From the NCBI GenBank assembly GCA_051294375.1, contig JBJCIZ010000824.1:19435-83434 (forward strand): a stretch of DNA of 64,000 nt. Direction: 5' to 3'. A program made the position numbers and the translations under genes. The notes below the pieces were generated by a model. That model saw only the letters and a list, made by a program, of their open reading frames with translations, made no database searches and was not told where the DNA came from. This document shows positions 37,501-49,094 of this stretch, piece by piece. The stretch comes from Paraspadella gotoi (lineage: Eukaryota > Animalia > Chaetognatha). How positions within the stretch are numbered: the first letter of the stretch is position 1; every line of letters starts with the position of its first letter.

Positions 37501-40500
37501 TCTATCTTGCGCCCCTCTTCTTAACCAAGACGTCCACATGGCCCACAATGCCGTAGGGGGGCTCTGTCATCTGCTGCGCTTGCGTGAAATGGCGGTCAGA
37601 GAGAGATTGGTGCAACGGTAGGTGGCCTGGATTCGAAGGATCGTGAGTTTTCTAGAAGACCAGGTGTGCGGAAGTTTTCGTGGTTCCAGGAGTAGGATCG
37701 GCTTAGCCGTTCAGTGTAAGATCTTCATAACACTTCTAAGCTTTAGACTTAACGAGAAGGGCAGTTCTTTAAACAAAGGACAAAGCGATGTAGATAGCTG
37801 CAGTCTCGGGCAGCTTCGAAGGTATGCGTTCGACGAAGCGGCGAACGCTCGGAGGACTGATAGTCTAATCCACTTCCTCGTTACTTCAGTTTGGCCTTAT
37901 GACGAGAGGGGGTTATATTAATCATCTTGTGGGTGTATTATTAAGAGGATTATTGTCGTGATCTAATCGACCTTGAATCTGCAGGGAGGTGCTGGTTTAT
38001 GCGCTTCACGGTTCAGGTCGCTGCACAGTTAGTCTTTGGGACTGCACAGCTTAATCTCCGAGGTCAAGTCATATGATGAGGGCAGGGTGTTCGGGTAGTG
38101 GAGGATTTTACAATTCTCAAAAACGAAGATATCTGTTATACTATGTACATTGATCTACTATATAGCATAGAACGGTGCGCTTCACATAATAATTAATGAT
38201 GGGTAAAGACATAAGAGGACGTTAAGAATTGTGAGGACTTTTTTTTTTCTCACATTGAAATATGTTTTTTTTTTCGTGTGATAGGTATTTTATCTTGTTT
38301 TTTTGGGTAATCATCTAATGATTCACAGGTTCATATTTTATTTATATATATGTTTTTTTTTTTATTTATTTTTATTTCCTTTTTGTATTTATTTTTTTTA
38401 TCTTTATGTTACTTTCTTTTTCTGTTTGTTTTATTTTTTTTTTTATGTACAAATATAGCTAGAATGGTAAATTGAAAGCCTATGACGTGATGGCATCTTT
38501 AGTTACCAAACCAAAGGGAACAAAATTACAAATGGATTAAACTTAAGCCTTTCGCAATGTAAATCGATCTAAAGGAGAACTACCTCAAAAGTTTGGTTAC
38601 CATTAATTGTGTTAACTTAGAACTTGTAATCAATGGCGTAATTTTATTTTTAAATGGAAAGCAAAAGGGAATTAGATAGGGAAAATGAGTAAGGGAAAAT
38701 CGAAAAATTATAAATATTGATTAATTATGCTAAATCATTGGATTGGAGTATGAGGCAAGTTAACGGACGACTGAAGTCCGTAGAAGAACACTAAATGGGC
38801 ATGAATTTATGTCTTACGGCATATTTGGTTAGATAGTAAGCAAGAATACGTAACGAAAAATTCTCAAAAGTCTCACCATTAACGGAAATATGAGAAGAGT
38901 CAATGTTAGATTACTGTTTGCAATGACTGACAGTACATGTACAGTGCTCATTATGGTTTCATCAGTTGGAGGATAATAAACGACAAAAGGCTTAATAATG
39001 AATAGTGTCAAACGGCTGAATGCCGAGAGGACGGACATGCAAAGCTGTAGGCATTAGATTGGAGGGGAGACGCATATTCGAGGTAATTATGATGGGGTGA
39101 GCACGGCATGGGGGTTCGAAAACCTGCAATTGTGGAGCCGGAGGAATAGTCAAAGAGAGTTCTCTTGGCGGGTGGCGAGATTTGCAGGAAAGAGGTTGCT
39201 GGGTGGATTGTCCCATGGAAGGGGGCTAAGGAAGACCGGAATGTTCGGTGTATGTGACCCCGTCGGGATTTTCATAGTGTGGGTGCGTTTTCTTTCTTGC
39301 TGCCTTCACTTGCTTTGTCATGCGTTTCCATGGCCGCAGGACACCGTCGAACTGTCGCCAATGAGCTGCAATCGAACAGTCTCTCGGAGGCCAAGACCAG
39401 AGGAGTCACCACGCAGATCCTATCTATTGACTGCATTTCAGGCACATTAGTTAAGTGACAAGGAAACTTGGGCGCCTAATTGGAAATAAATCGTGAGGCG
39501 GCACCAACGCGAAGTGTGAAGTGACAAGAGGTTACATGATAAAGTGAGGAAGGTATTAAAGTGTATATTTGGACCTACGCAAATACTGGCTTATCGTGGT
39601 AAGTAAGATTTTCTGATGTATGGGCAGAAGAAGAATAAAATATAATTAAAACTGGGCTTGTTTTTTATTTGAAGTGTTTTTGTTTTATTTATTTGTTTTG
39701 TTTTTTCTTTCTGGTAAGCCTACAACCGTCATACCTGACAATCCGCAGGGCGACTGGGTTGGCTTTCTCAATTAAGAATTGATATATTTTATATAATTAT
39801 TGAAAACTAGGAATTGACGAAGGAGATGCACGTGTATGTGAACTGGTGCTTGACGATTGTACATTTGCTTTGATTTGTTTTTTTGATATTTTATTCTTTA
39901 ACAAACAACGATTTGTTTTGGGAAAAGGTGTACATGTTGGATCAATAATTATATTTAAATGTCTTGTTTTCGTACAGTTATTGTTGTAATCATTAAAAAA
40001 TGTAATGCTTCTAATATTGACCTTCATCATGTAAATTGTTCCAGTTGTCATGGCCATAATAGAGAGGGGTCGCCGTGATCTCTGACCGATTGTTGGATAG
40101 CCCTACACTCAGTGTGCCCACTGGCCAGTACGGTCGTTCTGGGAGGTATATTCCGTCAGTTGCCTTGCTTTCCGAAATTCGGTTCCGTGTCGGTAGCCTT
40201 GCTACAGGGGTTATCCGGCAGTCAATCTTTGCAAGGTCTTTTGACCAGGGTATAACCTAGGACCATTGAGTTCGGAGATGAGCGTTGTATCAACGGGTAG
40301 TGATATTACGTCACGACAACCCTTTACTTTTAACTAAATCTAATTGTGTATTTCCTTCACTCTCCTTCATACTGTCCTTCATGTTTTTTTGTTTTCTTCA
40401 CTTTCTCTCTCTCTCTCCACAAATGTTTGGCAAAAAAAAGGAGTCGAGAACCAGTACGTTTTATCCCCCAATTTAAAAATATTTGTGAATGAGTTACATT

Positions 40501-43156
40501 TTTTTCATTCTTATGTAGATATTCTCTTGGTTTTCCTCAAATGCTAAATTTTTTCTTCTCCAGGTCACGATTCATCGAGCTCTCCTCCGACAAATGTTCA
40601 GACCCCCGATGGTGATTTAAGCTCTCTGTGATGACCTATGGTTTACTCCCCGGTAAGTTTGTAACATCTTTTTTAACATTTGACACTTCCATAGATTTTT
40701 GTGTTAATAAGTGCTATATATGATTTGTAAGTTGGGCTTTGCAAGCGCCTCCTCCTCATCTGGAGTCGCAAATATTCAGTCTCGGAATTCATTGCAGCGG
40801 TCAAAACGCCGTTTGACAAAAAAGCGCGCACTGGGCGGCGTGACGTAGAACGCAGTCGGCGCCTGGAGAAGCGAATCAACCCAAAGAGAGTGACGAGATA
40901 TACAATTATTAATATACATTATACAATATACATTTATTATTACATGCATTCAGCGTGTATTCATTATAGACGTTTAAAGTAAAAGTAAAACTTACGGGCA
41001 CGGTGGCGTTTGCGATCTCCCAACTGACGGAGGGCTGCTCGGACCCGTCCTTTTAACATTATGATAATGGACGCACTGTGCAGACGATGTGCTTCGCCCG
41101 CTGAGCCATGAGACAAGGCTGTGATGACGGTCCATTCGGTGTTTTTTATTCGTACCGCTATCAACTGCATTATTTAATCATATTTTTAACGTTTATTTAT
41201 AATTCAGGACGGTCCCTCGCCCTTCGGAGACTGGTCAACGCCGGGGAAGTCGATCCACGCGGACATTAACACATCGACTGGAATCTTAGCTTTGAGCATG
41301 ACGAGCACGGCCTCTCCGGCGCCCGACGCTGGCGACCGCACCGGACCAGTGATTCTGAATGAGGAACGCTCCTCACTTCTCGGTTAAAACGGTCACCCGC
41401 CTCGGAACGTCCAGTGCTAGTCTCTCGTCATCACTCACTGTTTCGTCGGACGGGGAAGAGAATCTGGCGAATTCACCTATTTGCGTATCTGTTGAGTGTC
41501 CATACCTGAGGTAGTCAGGATCTCTCACGGCGGGAAAATTGCTAAAGGGATGAAAGAGTTTGTTTTGGATCTTTAAAACATTCGATACCCGACTACACAG
41601 AACAAAAAGGTAAGACACAGGGAAATATGTTGTCCCCCTGTAATTGCGTATCTCTGCGGTATAAGTAGACGGTTTTTTTTATTTTTCGATTCGGTTCCAT
41701 TCGTGTGGATTTTTTTTTTAACGCTTCGCAGTTTTACATACACCATTGAATGTTCAAGAGCATAACATATATATTACTGCTGGGTTTGATTTTTTTAGAA
41801 GCGGACGTTGTACGTTATTATTTATCTAAAAAATATAATGTTTCGACCCGAAGGGCGGAAAAAAAAACTGGAGCATTGTTTAATAACACAAATAACAGAT
41901 CTGATTAGTATACTTAAATAAAAATTCATGCCTGTGTTCAATCCGTTCGTGTAGAGTATACTCAGTATTCTTCAAAAAAAAAATTGCTGGCCGTCGTATC
42001 GTAAATTTCCAGTTTTGACGTCCTGTTCACCAATATAGGGTTTTCTTTATTGTGCCTGCCTTACATAGTATTGAAGATAAACCCCTTTTTCGATCAAATA
42101 TGGAATTTTTCCGTTCCTGGACATGGGAAGAAACTGGTTTAGAAGCATCCGAAGTTTTTGCGGAGAGGATGATTTGGCGTAACCTTTTGTTTCGTTAATT
42201 AATTATCTTATTTATTTCACGGATTTTATTTTCTTTGCTACAGAATCTAAAATATTTTTTGTAAAGTTTCAAGAAAGTGGTGTTTGATACGTTAACTACT
42301 TTAGGATCTGTATATATTTAGATAAGATGAAAAGGCGCTCTTCTCCTTCAATGACTACTATGTTCGATTTTCAGCGGATGTTGAATGATTGAGTTATTTT
42401 GCCGCCGCGTTATAAAACCGGCAACAAACACTTCAGTTCTGTTACTGTTGACTGTTTACTTGCGCCACAATCCAAAGTAGTTGGCAAAATTGTGGGTTAC
42501 TAGGAAAAAAATTCTAATTATCCGAAATATGATAAAACCTACAATTTTAAGTAAGTAAGTAAGAATTCGGAAATTACTTTTCTACTAATAAATGATTTTC
42601 CTTATAATCTTGCAAATTTTCCAACTCTATATCTACGGTATTATGCAATTTTGCCGTGTTTGTCTACATAAACTATGCTTTTTCTCCAATAAAGGACTTC
42701 TGCAGAGAACTGTGATATATTTAGCCAAAACGAAACATACCAAAGGGGGGTTGGTTTTTGCCATTTTCACATAATTTTAAAGAGGGTTTCGCGGTGTGAC
42801 TTTTCTACTAGAACTGCAGACATCGTCTCGGAAAGTTTTTATCCAGTTTCATTCCTTCCATTACTTCTTTCAGAATAGCATCAATGTAAGCAATAAAAGA
42901 ATTTTTATTTTGAATTTTCATTTTCTGGTTGCTTTATTTGTTCAATTTGCTGTTACCCGCTCTTTAGGTTTAGTGCACTTTGTTAAAAATACGTACTGCG
43001 GATGAAACATATTTACGTACAATCTTCCTGTTTGCCAATTGATCCGTTCTCATTTAACTAAGGATCAAGCAATTGATGTTATCGTTAAAATTAATCAGAA
43101 TTGATAACTTATCTCAAATCGTGAAAACAATTTAACTTAGTATAAGATGGAATAAT

Positions 43157-43867
43157 TTGATGTGTAAATTTATAATTACCATTGTTATTTTTTTTACTGC
43201 GACTTACCAATTGATGGGGCGAAAAGTAACGGTCGATAAGAACGCCGCCGACAAATTTTGGGTCCTTGGCGACAGCCACATCTCGCGTCTTCATGGCGTC
43301 ATCCCTTGGACGACGACGACAGCGATCAGCGGTGGACGATTTCCACATTTTCACGAAGCGATTGCCAGAAATGATGTATACTATCACACGATGGTGTTCA
43401 TAGGAGGTGGAAACAAGTTGGCTCCAAAGTTAAATGCCGACATTTATCTAGATCAGTTGTCTGCGTTTGTGAGGGAGGTGTGCAGCCGGTTTCCGGTGAT
43501 GAGAGTAGTGACCATGTCTCTAATTAGTCGTGATTTTAAAACAGGTCGACAGACGTTCAATCATGCTGCGACGGAGATTGATAACGGAATGTTCAGGATG
43601 AGTGCCTTGCATTCCCAAGCCTTGCAAAATTGTTTTCGTACCAAAAGGTATGGTAGAATGATATTAGACAATAACTTATACGAGAACGACCAAACTCACC
43701 TAAATGCTCAAGGGACGAGGATCCTTTTTGACGTTTTAGACCAGATACTATTTTGCGAGGATGAGCAGCAGTTGAAGGACAAACCGATTTGGGTTTTGGG
43801 CACGACACAGACAGTCTCTTGGAAGGGGCTGGTGTGGCCGCAGCAGCAAAGGCCGTCTAATCGATAG
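43157..43867 (+). CDS. SGNH/GDSL esterase-like protein of Gypsy family A (intact ORF; likely start ATG 43214 or spliced)
   Basis: Block I VLGDSH, block II ISGG, block III FIGGGN and block V NDQTHL in correct order and spacing. Follows the family A integrase tail (43023-43104). Confidence 0.85.
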   Translation: MMCKFIITIVIFFTATYQLMGRKVTVDKNAADKFWVLGDSHISRLHGVIPWTTTTAISGGRFPHFHEAIARNDVYYHTMVFIGGGNKLAPKLNADIYLDQLSAFVREVCSRFPVMRVVTMSLISRDFKTGRQTFNHAATEIDNGMFRMSALHSQALQNCFRTKRYGRMILDNNLYENDQTHLNAQGTRILFDVLDQILFCEDEQQLKDKPIWVLGTTQTVSWKGLVWPQQQRPSNR

Positions 43868-43909
43868 ATAATTTGACTTGTCGCGACATTAACTCACCCT
43901 CGATGGAGA

Positions 43910-45484
43910 GACTTCTACAAAACTAAAAGCAGCAAACGGCTCTCACATAGCCTGCTTTGGCTACACGGACGTACAGGTCCATCTCGGCAGCCGACGCTTC
44001 TACTTCACCATGATCATCGCCGATGTGACGCAACCAATGACTTTTTAGAGGAACATTATTTGGCCCCGAATCATTGCAATTGATTTTTATTCGACCTGCA
44101 GGACCTTAGTACTATTGTTGCCTCAAAAGCAAATATAAAACGTACAATTAGAGTAAATTTCGTCCACCAAGCGGACGACCCATACTACAAACTACTTGAA
44201 ACTTACCATGATTTGTGTACGCCCTCTTTTAAACCTACGGAACCCAAACACGGCATAAAACACTACATCCCTACTACTGGTCAACCCGTGCAATCACAAG
44301 CTCGTAGACTTGCGCCCGACAAACTCGCCGACGCCAAAAAAGAACTTGATAAGTTCTGCAAACTAGGAATCGCCTGCCGGGCCAAAAGTGAGTGGGCATC
44401 ACTGGTTCTGGACATCAACAAGCTAGATGGAGGGTATCGATTCTGTGGCAATTTCAGACGCCTCAACAATGCAACACTGGATGACAAGTACCCTGTGAAG
44501 ACACTGAACGACTTCAACGCCAACCTTAGCGGCATGAAGGTCTTCAGCAAGATAGACCTACTAAAAGGGTACCACCAAATTCCCATCGCCGAGCAAGACG
44601 TAGCTAAAACCGGCGTCAACCCCTTTCGGGTTATATGTTTTCCCAAGGACCCTGTTCGGATTGAATAACGCGGGTCAAGACTTTCAGCGTCCCATGGATG
44701 AGATTTTGGACGTCCTCCCCTTCGTTTTCGTCTACATCGACAATGTTTTGGTGGCCTCCAAAACTCTTCAAGAGCATGAACAACATCTACGCGAAGTCTT
44801 TGATACTCTCCACCAGAACGGGTTCGTCGTCAATCGACAGAAGTGCATCCTGTGTAAACCAGAGCTCGATTTTCTAGGCTACAGAGTCGACTGCAACGGC
44901 ATCTCCCCTTTACCCAACCGAATCTCCGCAATCAACGAGACGACGCCTCCAACTACAATCAAGGAGCTCTAGCGATTCCTTGGTTTAGTAAATTATTATA
45001 GGCGATTCATCTCTCGCTCAGCACATCACTTGTATCCTCTCTTCTAAGCTCTCATGACGAAAACGAAGCCACTTATGTTAGAGTGGATGTCGGAATGCCA
45101 GAAATCATTCGAGGAGATCAAAATCGCGTTGTCACAAGCAACAATGCCTGCTCATCCACGCCCCAAAGCTCCGCTGGCAATTATTTCCGACGCCTCCAAC
45201 ACTGCCATTGGTGCAGTCTTGGAACAACGAGGTTCCAAGGGCTGGGAGCTCTTAGCGTTCTTTTCCGCCAAGCTCCAGAAAAATCAACAACTATGGCCCC
45301 CATTTGATCGCGAATTACTCTCAGCATGGCGAGCAATTCGCCACTTCAAACCAATGATCGAGGGAAGAAACTTCACGCTCTACATCGATCATAATTCGTT
45401 AGTTTTCGCTCTTGCTAAAAAAACTGACCCTCATACGGCTCGTCAGACTTACCAATTGGCTGGAATAGCCGAATATACGACCAT
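43910..45484 (+). mobile_element. pol: CsRn1-clade Gypsy subfamily B2: PR end, RT, RNase H (degenerate)
   Basis: KLKAANGS, FSKIDLLKGYHQIP, VYIDNVLV, ISDASNTAIGAVLEQ, FDRELL; related to but diverged from 52359-54100. Confidence 0.9.
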
Positions 45485-46222
45485 TGTAGATTAGGGTGGA
45501 GTGATGAAAAGATTGAGTGATTGAACATTATTTTTATTGCTGCCTATGGACATATAATTAATGAATTTTAAATCCTTTTAAAAATTTTTCTAGCATAACA
45601 GTAGCAAATTTAATTATTTATGTAGTAATATCCTTATAAAATCGTCAAATTTCAAATTTTTTTTTTTTAAGAACTGATTTGGATTTGCTGTAAAAAACTA
45701 AGAAAATTTTATAAAATATATTATATGATATTTTAATGTTTAGATCACAAAAAATGACTAAAACGTTTTAACATATATAAGTTTATATTACAGAGAATAA
45801 AAAGTTAGGAATTTTCATCTTTTTTCTTATTTTAAACATTGAAGATNNNNNNNNNNNNNNNNNNNNNNNNNNNNNNNNNNNNNNNNNNNNNNNNNNNNNN
45901 NNNNNNNNNNNNNNNNNNNNNNNNNNNNNNNNNNNNNNNNNNNNNNNNNNNNNNNNNNNNNNNNNNNNNNNNNNNNNNNNNNNNNNNNNNNNNNNNNNNN
46001 NNNNNNNNNNNNNNNNNNNNNNNNNNNNNNNNNNNNNNNNNNNNNNNNNNNNNNNNNNNNNNNNNNNNNNNNNNNNNNNNNNNNNNNNNNNNNNNNNNNN
46101 NNNNNNNNNNNNNNNNNNNNNNNNNNNNNNNNNNNNNNNNNNNNNNNNNNNNNNNNNNNNNNNNNNNNNNNNNNNNNNNNNNNNNNNNNNNNNNNNNNNN
46201 NNNNNNNNNNNNNNNNNNNNNN

Positions 46223-46567
46223 ATTCAATTCCGCCATCTAACAATAGAAGTGGAGCACTCAAGAACAAAAAAATTTAATTAGAATGAATCGAACATTGAA
46301 TATTTAGATGTAAGATAGTATGATTAATTAGTACAAAAAATATTTTGTTCATATTATCTCGGGAACAGAATAGTAAATTATAATATATTGTAGTAATATC
46401 CTTATAAAAAATAAATTTTAAAAAATAATTTTTAAAAACTTTTTTTAATAAAGATTCAGATTCTTCATAAAAAGTTTAAATCAAATATAAAACATGTTAA
46501 TCAAAATTCTGTCATAAATTTTTTGTTCTTGAGTGCTCCACTCTATTGTAGATGGCGGAAATTGAAT
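46223..46567. repeat. ~55-bp inverted repeat pair (MITE-like)
   Basis: ATTCAATTCCGCCATCTAACAATAGAAGTGGAGCACTCAAGAACAAAAAA and its reverse complement at ~46515-46567. Confidence 0.75.
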
Positions 46568-47008
46568 TCACTTTGACGCCATCTAACGTAGACGCGATTC
46601 GACGAGCGACTTTGGACTCCAGAGGCGTTATGGAAGGTCGTAATGCAGCGGGAGACGCTGGCAGACGTTGACCGGAAGTGACGCTGAATTTGGCGCTCGT
46701 GGCGTCGAGAAATCGGGAGACAAGCTTCGACCGAGTTTGAAATTGGAATAGTCTTTGAACTTAGAGGTAAAAAGTGTCTGTAACCAATTGGCTTGGTTAT
46801 TGCAATAAAATCATGACCTTAATAAAATAATCAAAGCATATAGATATTCCATCTGCTCCTGTCATCAATGAATTAGAATATCTATATGGAGTAACAATAA
46901 TGCAATGAATTATTAGATTAATCACAATAATGAATAATAAAAAAATTGATGAAAAGATCGTTGAGACTATTCATAGGTAAAATATTGCTGAGCAGTTGAA
47001 GAGACAGT

Positions 47009-47675
47009 AATTATTGATAAGTGTTCAATGACAGAACCGTTTCAATGTAAGCAGGTCCCTGAGCTTCGGACTCAGGCTGTAACACCGTGTTTACAGCGGG
47101 TTAAGCGCCCGTCCTCTTAAAACTGCAAGACGCACCACGGGCAGAACCCGGACTTTTGCGGTTTGCGGAGGCGACATGACTCTGCCTCCGGCCACCAATG
47201 GCCGCTGATTGAATGGTTGTGGGATTTAGTCCACCATACATCCCCCTCCCGCTTAGTGGAGAAGTCTGTTCGCGTTCTCTCAGTGAATTGTTTTGGTGGA
47301 AAGTTCGTCAACCAGTTGAGGCATCGGCGCCGCTGATGTGTTGTTGCGCGAATGCTCATTTGCCAGGTTGAGGCATGTCGCTGCTGGAAAGTCGTTGTTG
47401 TTCGCTTTGTGTTCGGAAGCGGGGCTCACAATGAAGAGGACAGAATTATTTGATAAGTGTCTAATGACAGAACCGTTCGAATGTAAGGCAGTCCCCTGAG
47501 CTTCGGGTCAGGCTGCTAACACGATGTTACAGGCGGGCTTAAGCGCCCCGTCCCTCTTAACTGCCAGCACGACCAGCCGGGCTAGAACCCCGGACTTTGG
47601 GGGAGGCGAATGACTTGCCTCCGCGCCACCAATGGCCGCTTGCATGAAGGTTGTTGGATTTTTAGTCCACCATCA
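47009..47675 (-). repeat. Tandemly duplicated hairpin-rich segment, possibly the 3' end of a non-LTR element
   Basis: 47009-47237 is repeated at 47445-47673; several adjacent stem-loops; the minus strand ends in AATAA. Confidence 0.6.
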
Positions 47676-48067
47676 GTTTTGTAGGAGTTCTACAGTTTGT
47701 AAACAAGATTTAGAAGCTAGATGGAATTGATATCAACTAGTTGAATCAGCTGATAAATCGAGTTAAATCGGATTGTTCATTTGTTTATGAAAACAAAAGA
47801 TGAAAGAAATAAATAAGGAAAAACGATTTAGTTTATAAGACTCCTAATAAGTAAAATTTGTTAACTATTTTGGTGGCGACGATGGCTAAGAATTAGCCTG
47901 TGAATAACAGGTCCCGAGTTCGAGAGTGAGTCGTCACTTGTTTTTTATTATTTTATATTTAATTAGAAATCGAATTAAAATATATCGAAGTGAATATATA
48001 TATCGGTCTTGGCCGATAAACGTCACCATTAATTCGTGGAGGAGATATCACAGATTCAAATCCCACA

Positions 48068-48605
48068 GCATCATCCAATATTTGGCAGGAAAATCCAATG
48101 TCATAGCAGATTCGCTTTCCTGACCAAACGTAGAGAAAGAACCAAATCCAAATTTCCCTGCTCCTCCCCCCTCCCCATCCCCCAATCTCTCTTCCCTTCT
48201 TTCTCTGCCCCGAAATCCAATCCTCCTCCGATAATTGCGTCAATCGACAAGCCTTCTCGATACTACAGCACGGCGTCAATCTAGAAAAAATGGCAATCGA
48301 TCAGCCACTCGACGCTGAGTACCAACGCATCGCGACCAATGCTTCCTCCGGCCTCCATTTTTGAAAAATCCCTATAGGAACAACTTCACTCATCGTTGAC
48401 GTTAGCAATGGCCCTCCACGCTCATTTGTCCCATTCTCGTGGCGCCGATACGTCTTCGACGCCATTCATAATCTCGGACATTTTAGCCATTTTAGCAATG
48501 TACATGTCGACATAGTAACGTTGTCCCCATCAAACGGTTTTAATTATATTCTCACGGCCGTCGATCGATTTACCCAACGGCCCGTGGCCATCCCGATCAA
48601 GGATG
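48068..48605 (+). mobile_element. CsRn1-clade subfamily B2: RNase H end and integrase fragment
   Basis: GKSNVIADSLS, VDVSNGPPR, HVDIVTL...AVDRFT; internal deletions. Confidence 0.85.
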
Positions 48606-48621
48606 GCGTTCGCCATCTACA

Positions 48622-49094
48622 GGTTTAGGGTTAGGGTTGAGTTGGTAGTTATATTAATTTTATTTTAGGCTTAATGTTAATATCAATTTTAGGGTTAGGG
48701 GTAGGGAGGGTGTTGTTGATGAATGGGAGGCCCGAGTTAGGGTTAGGGTTAGGGAAGGTACTGGCGAGGGACATTAGGGATTAGGGTTGAGGGACAGAGA
48801 TGTACGGGAGGCCTGGGCCCGGTTTAGGGTTAGGGTTGGGAGAGAGGCCCGTGGGTTATATATCAAAGGCGGTTAGGGTTAGGGTTGAGGTACAGAGATG
48901 TACGGGAGGCCGAGCCTGGGTTAGGGTTAGGGGAGAGGCATGGAGTTGAACGGGAGGCTCGGTTTAGGGTTAGGGTTAAGGGAGGGGCCCGTGATTGATG
49001 CATCGAAGGCCGTTAGGGTTAGGGTTGAGGCATGGAGATGTACGGGAGGCGCAGACCCGGGTTAGGGTTAGGGGAGAGGCAAAGAGTTGAATGG
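48622..49094 (+). repeat. TTAGGG-containing satellite (~140-bp unit)
   Basis: GTTAGGGTTAGGGTTGAGG recurs at 48872 and 49012 (140-bp spacing); three TTAGGG blocks per unit. Confidence 0.88.

Larger units (their letters stand above)
45485..48067. mobile_element. Composite insertion interrupting the B2 RNase H
   Basis: B2 reading frame stops at AEYTT (45484) and resumes at IQYLAGKSNV (~48072). The insert has TG...CA ends; flanks CCAT/GCAT are an imperfect 4-bp duplication. Confidence 0.55.

Noticed and set aside
43157-43213. Signal peptide on the SGNH ORF
   Set aside because: The ATG is not conserved in copy 1 and the hydrophobic codons coincide with a branch point/polypyrimidine tract. Not fully excluded.
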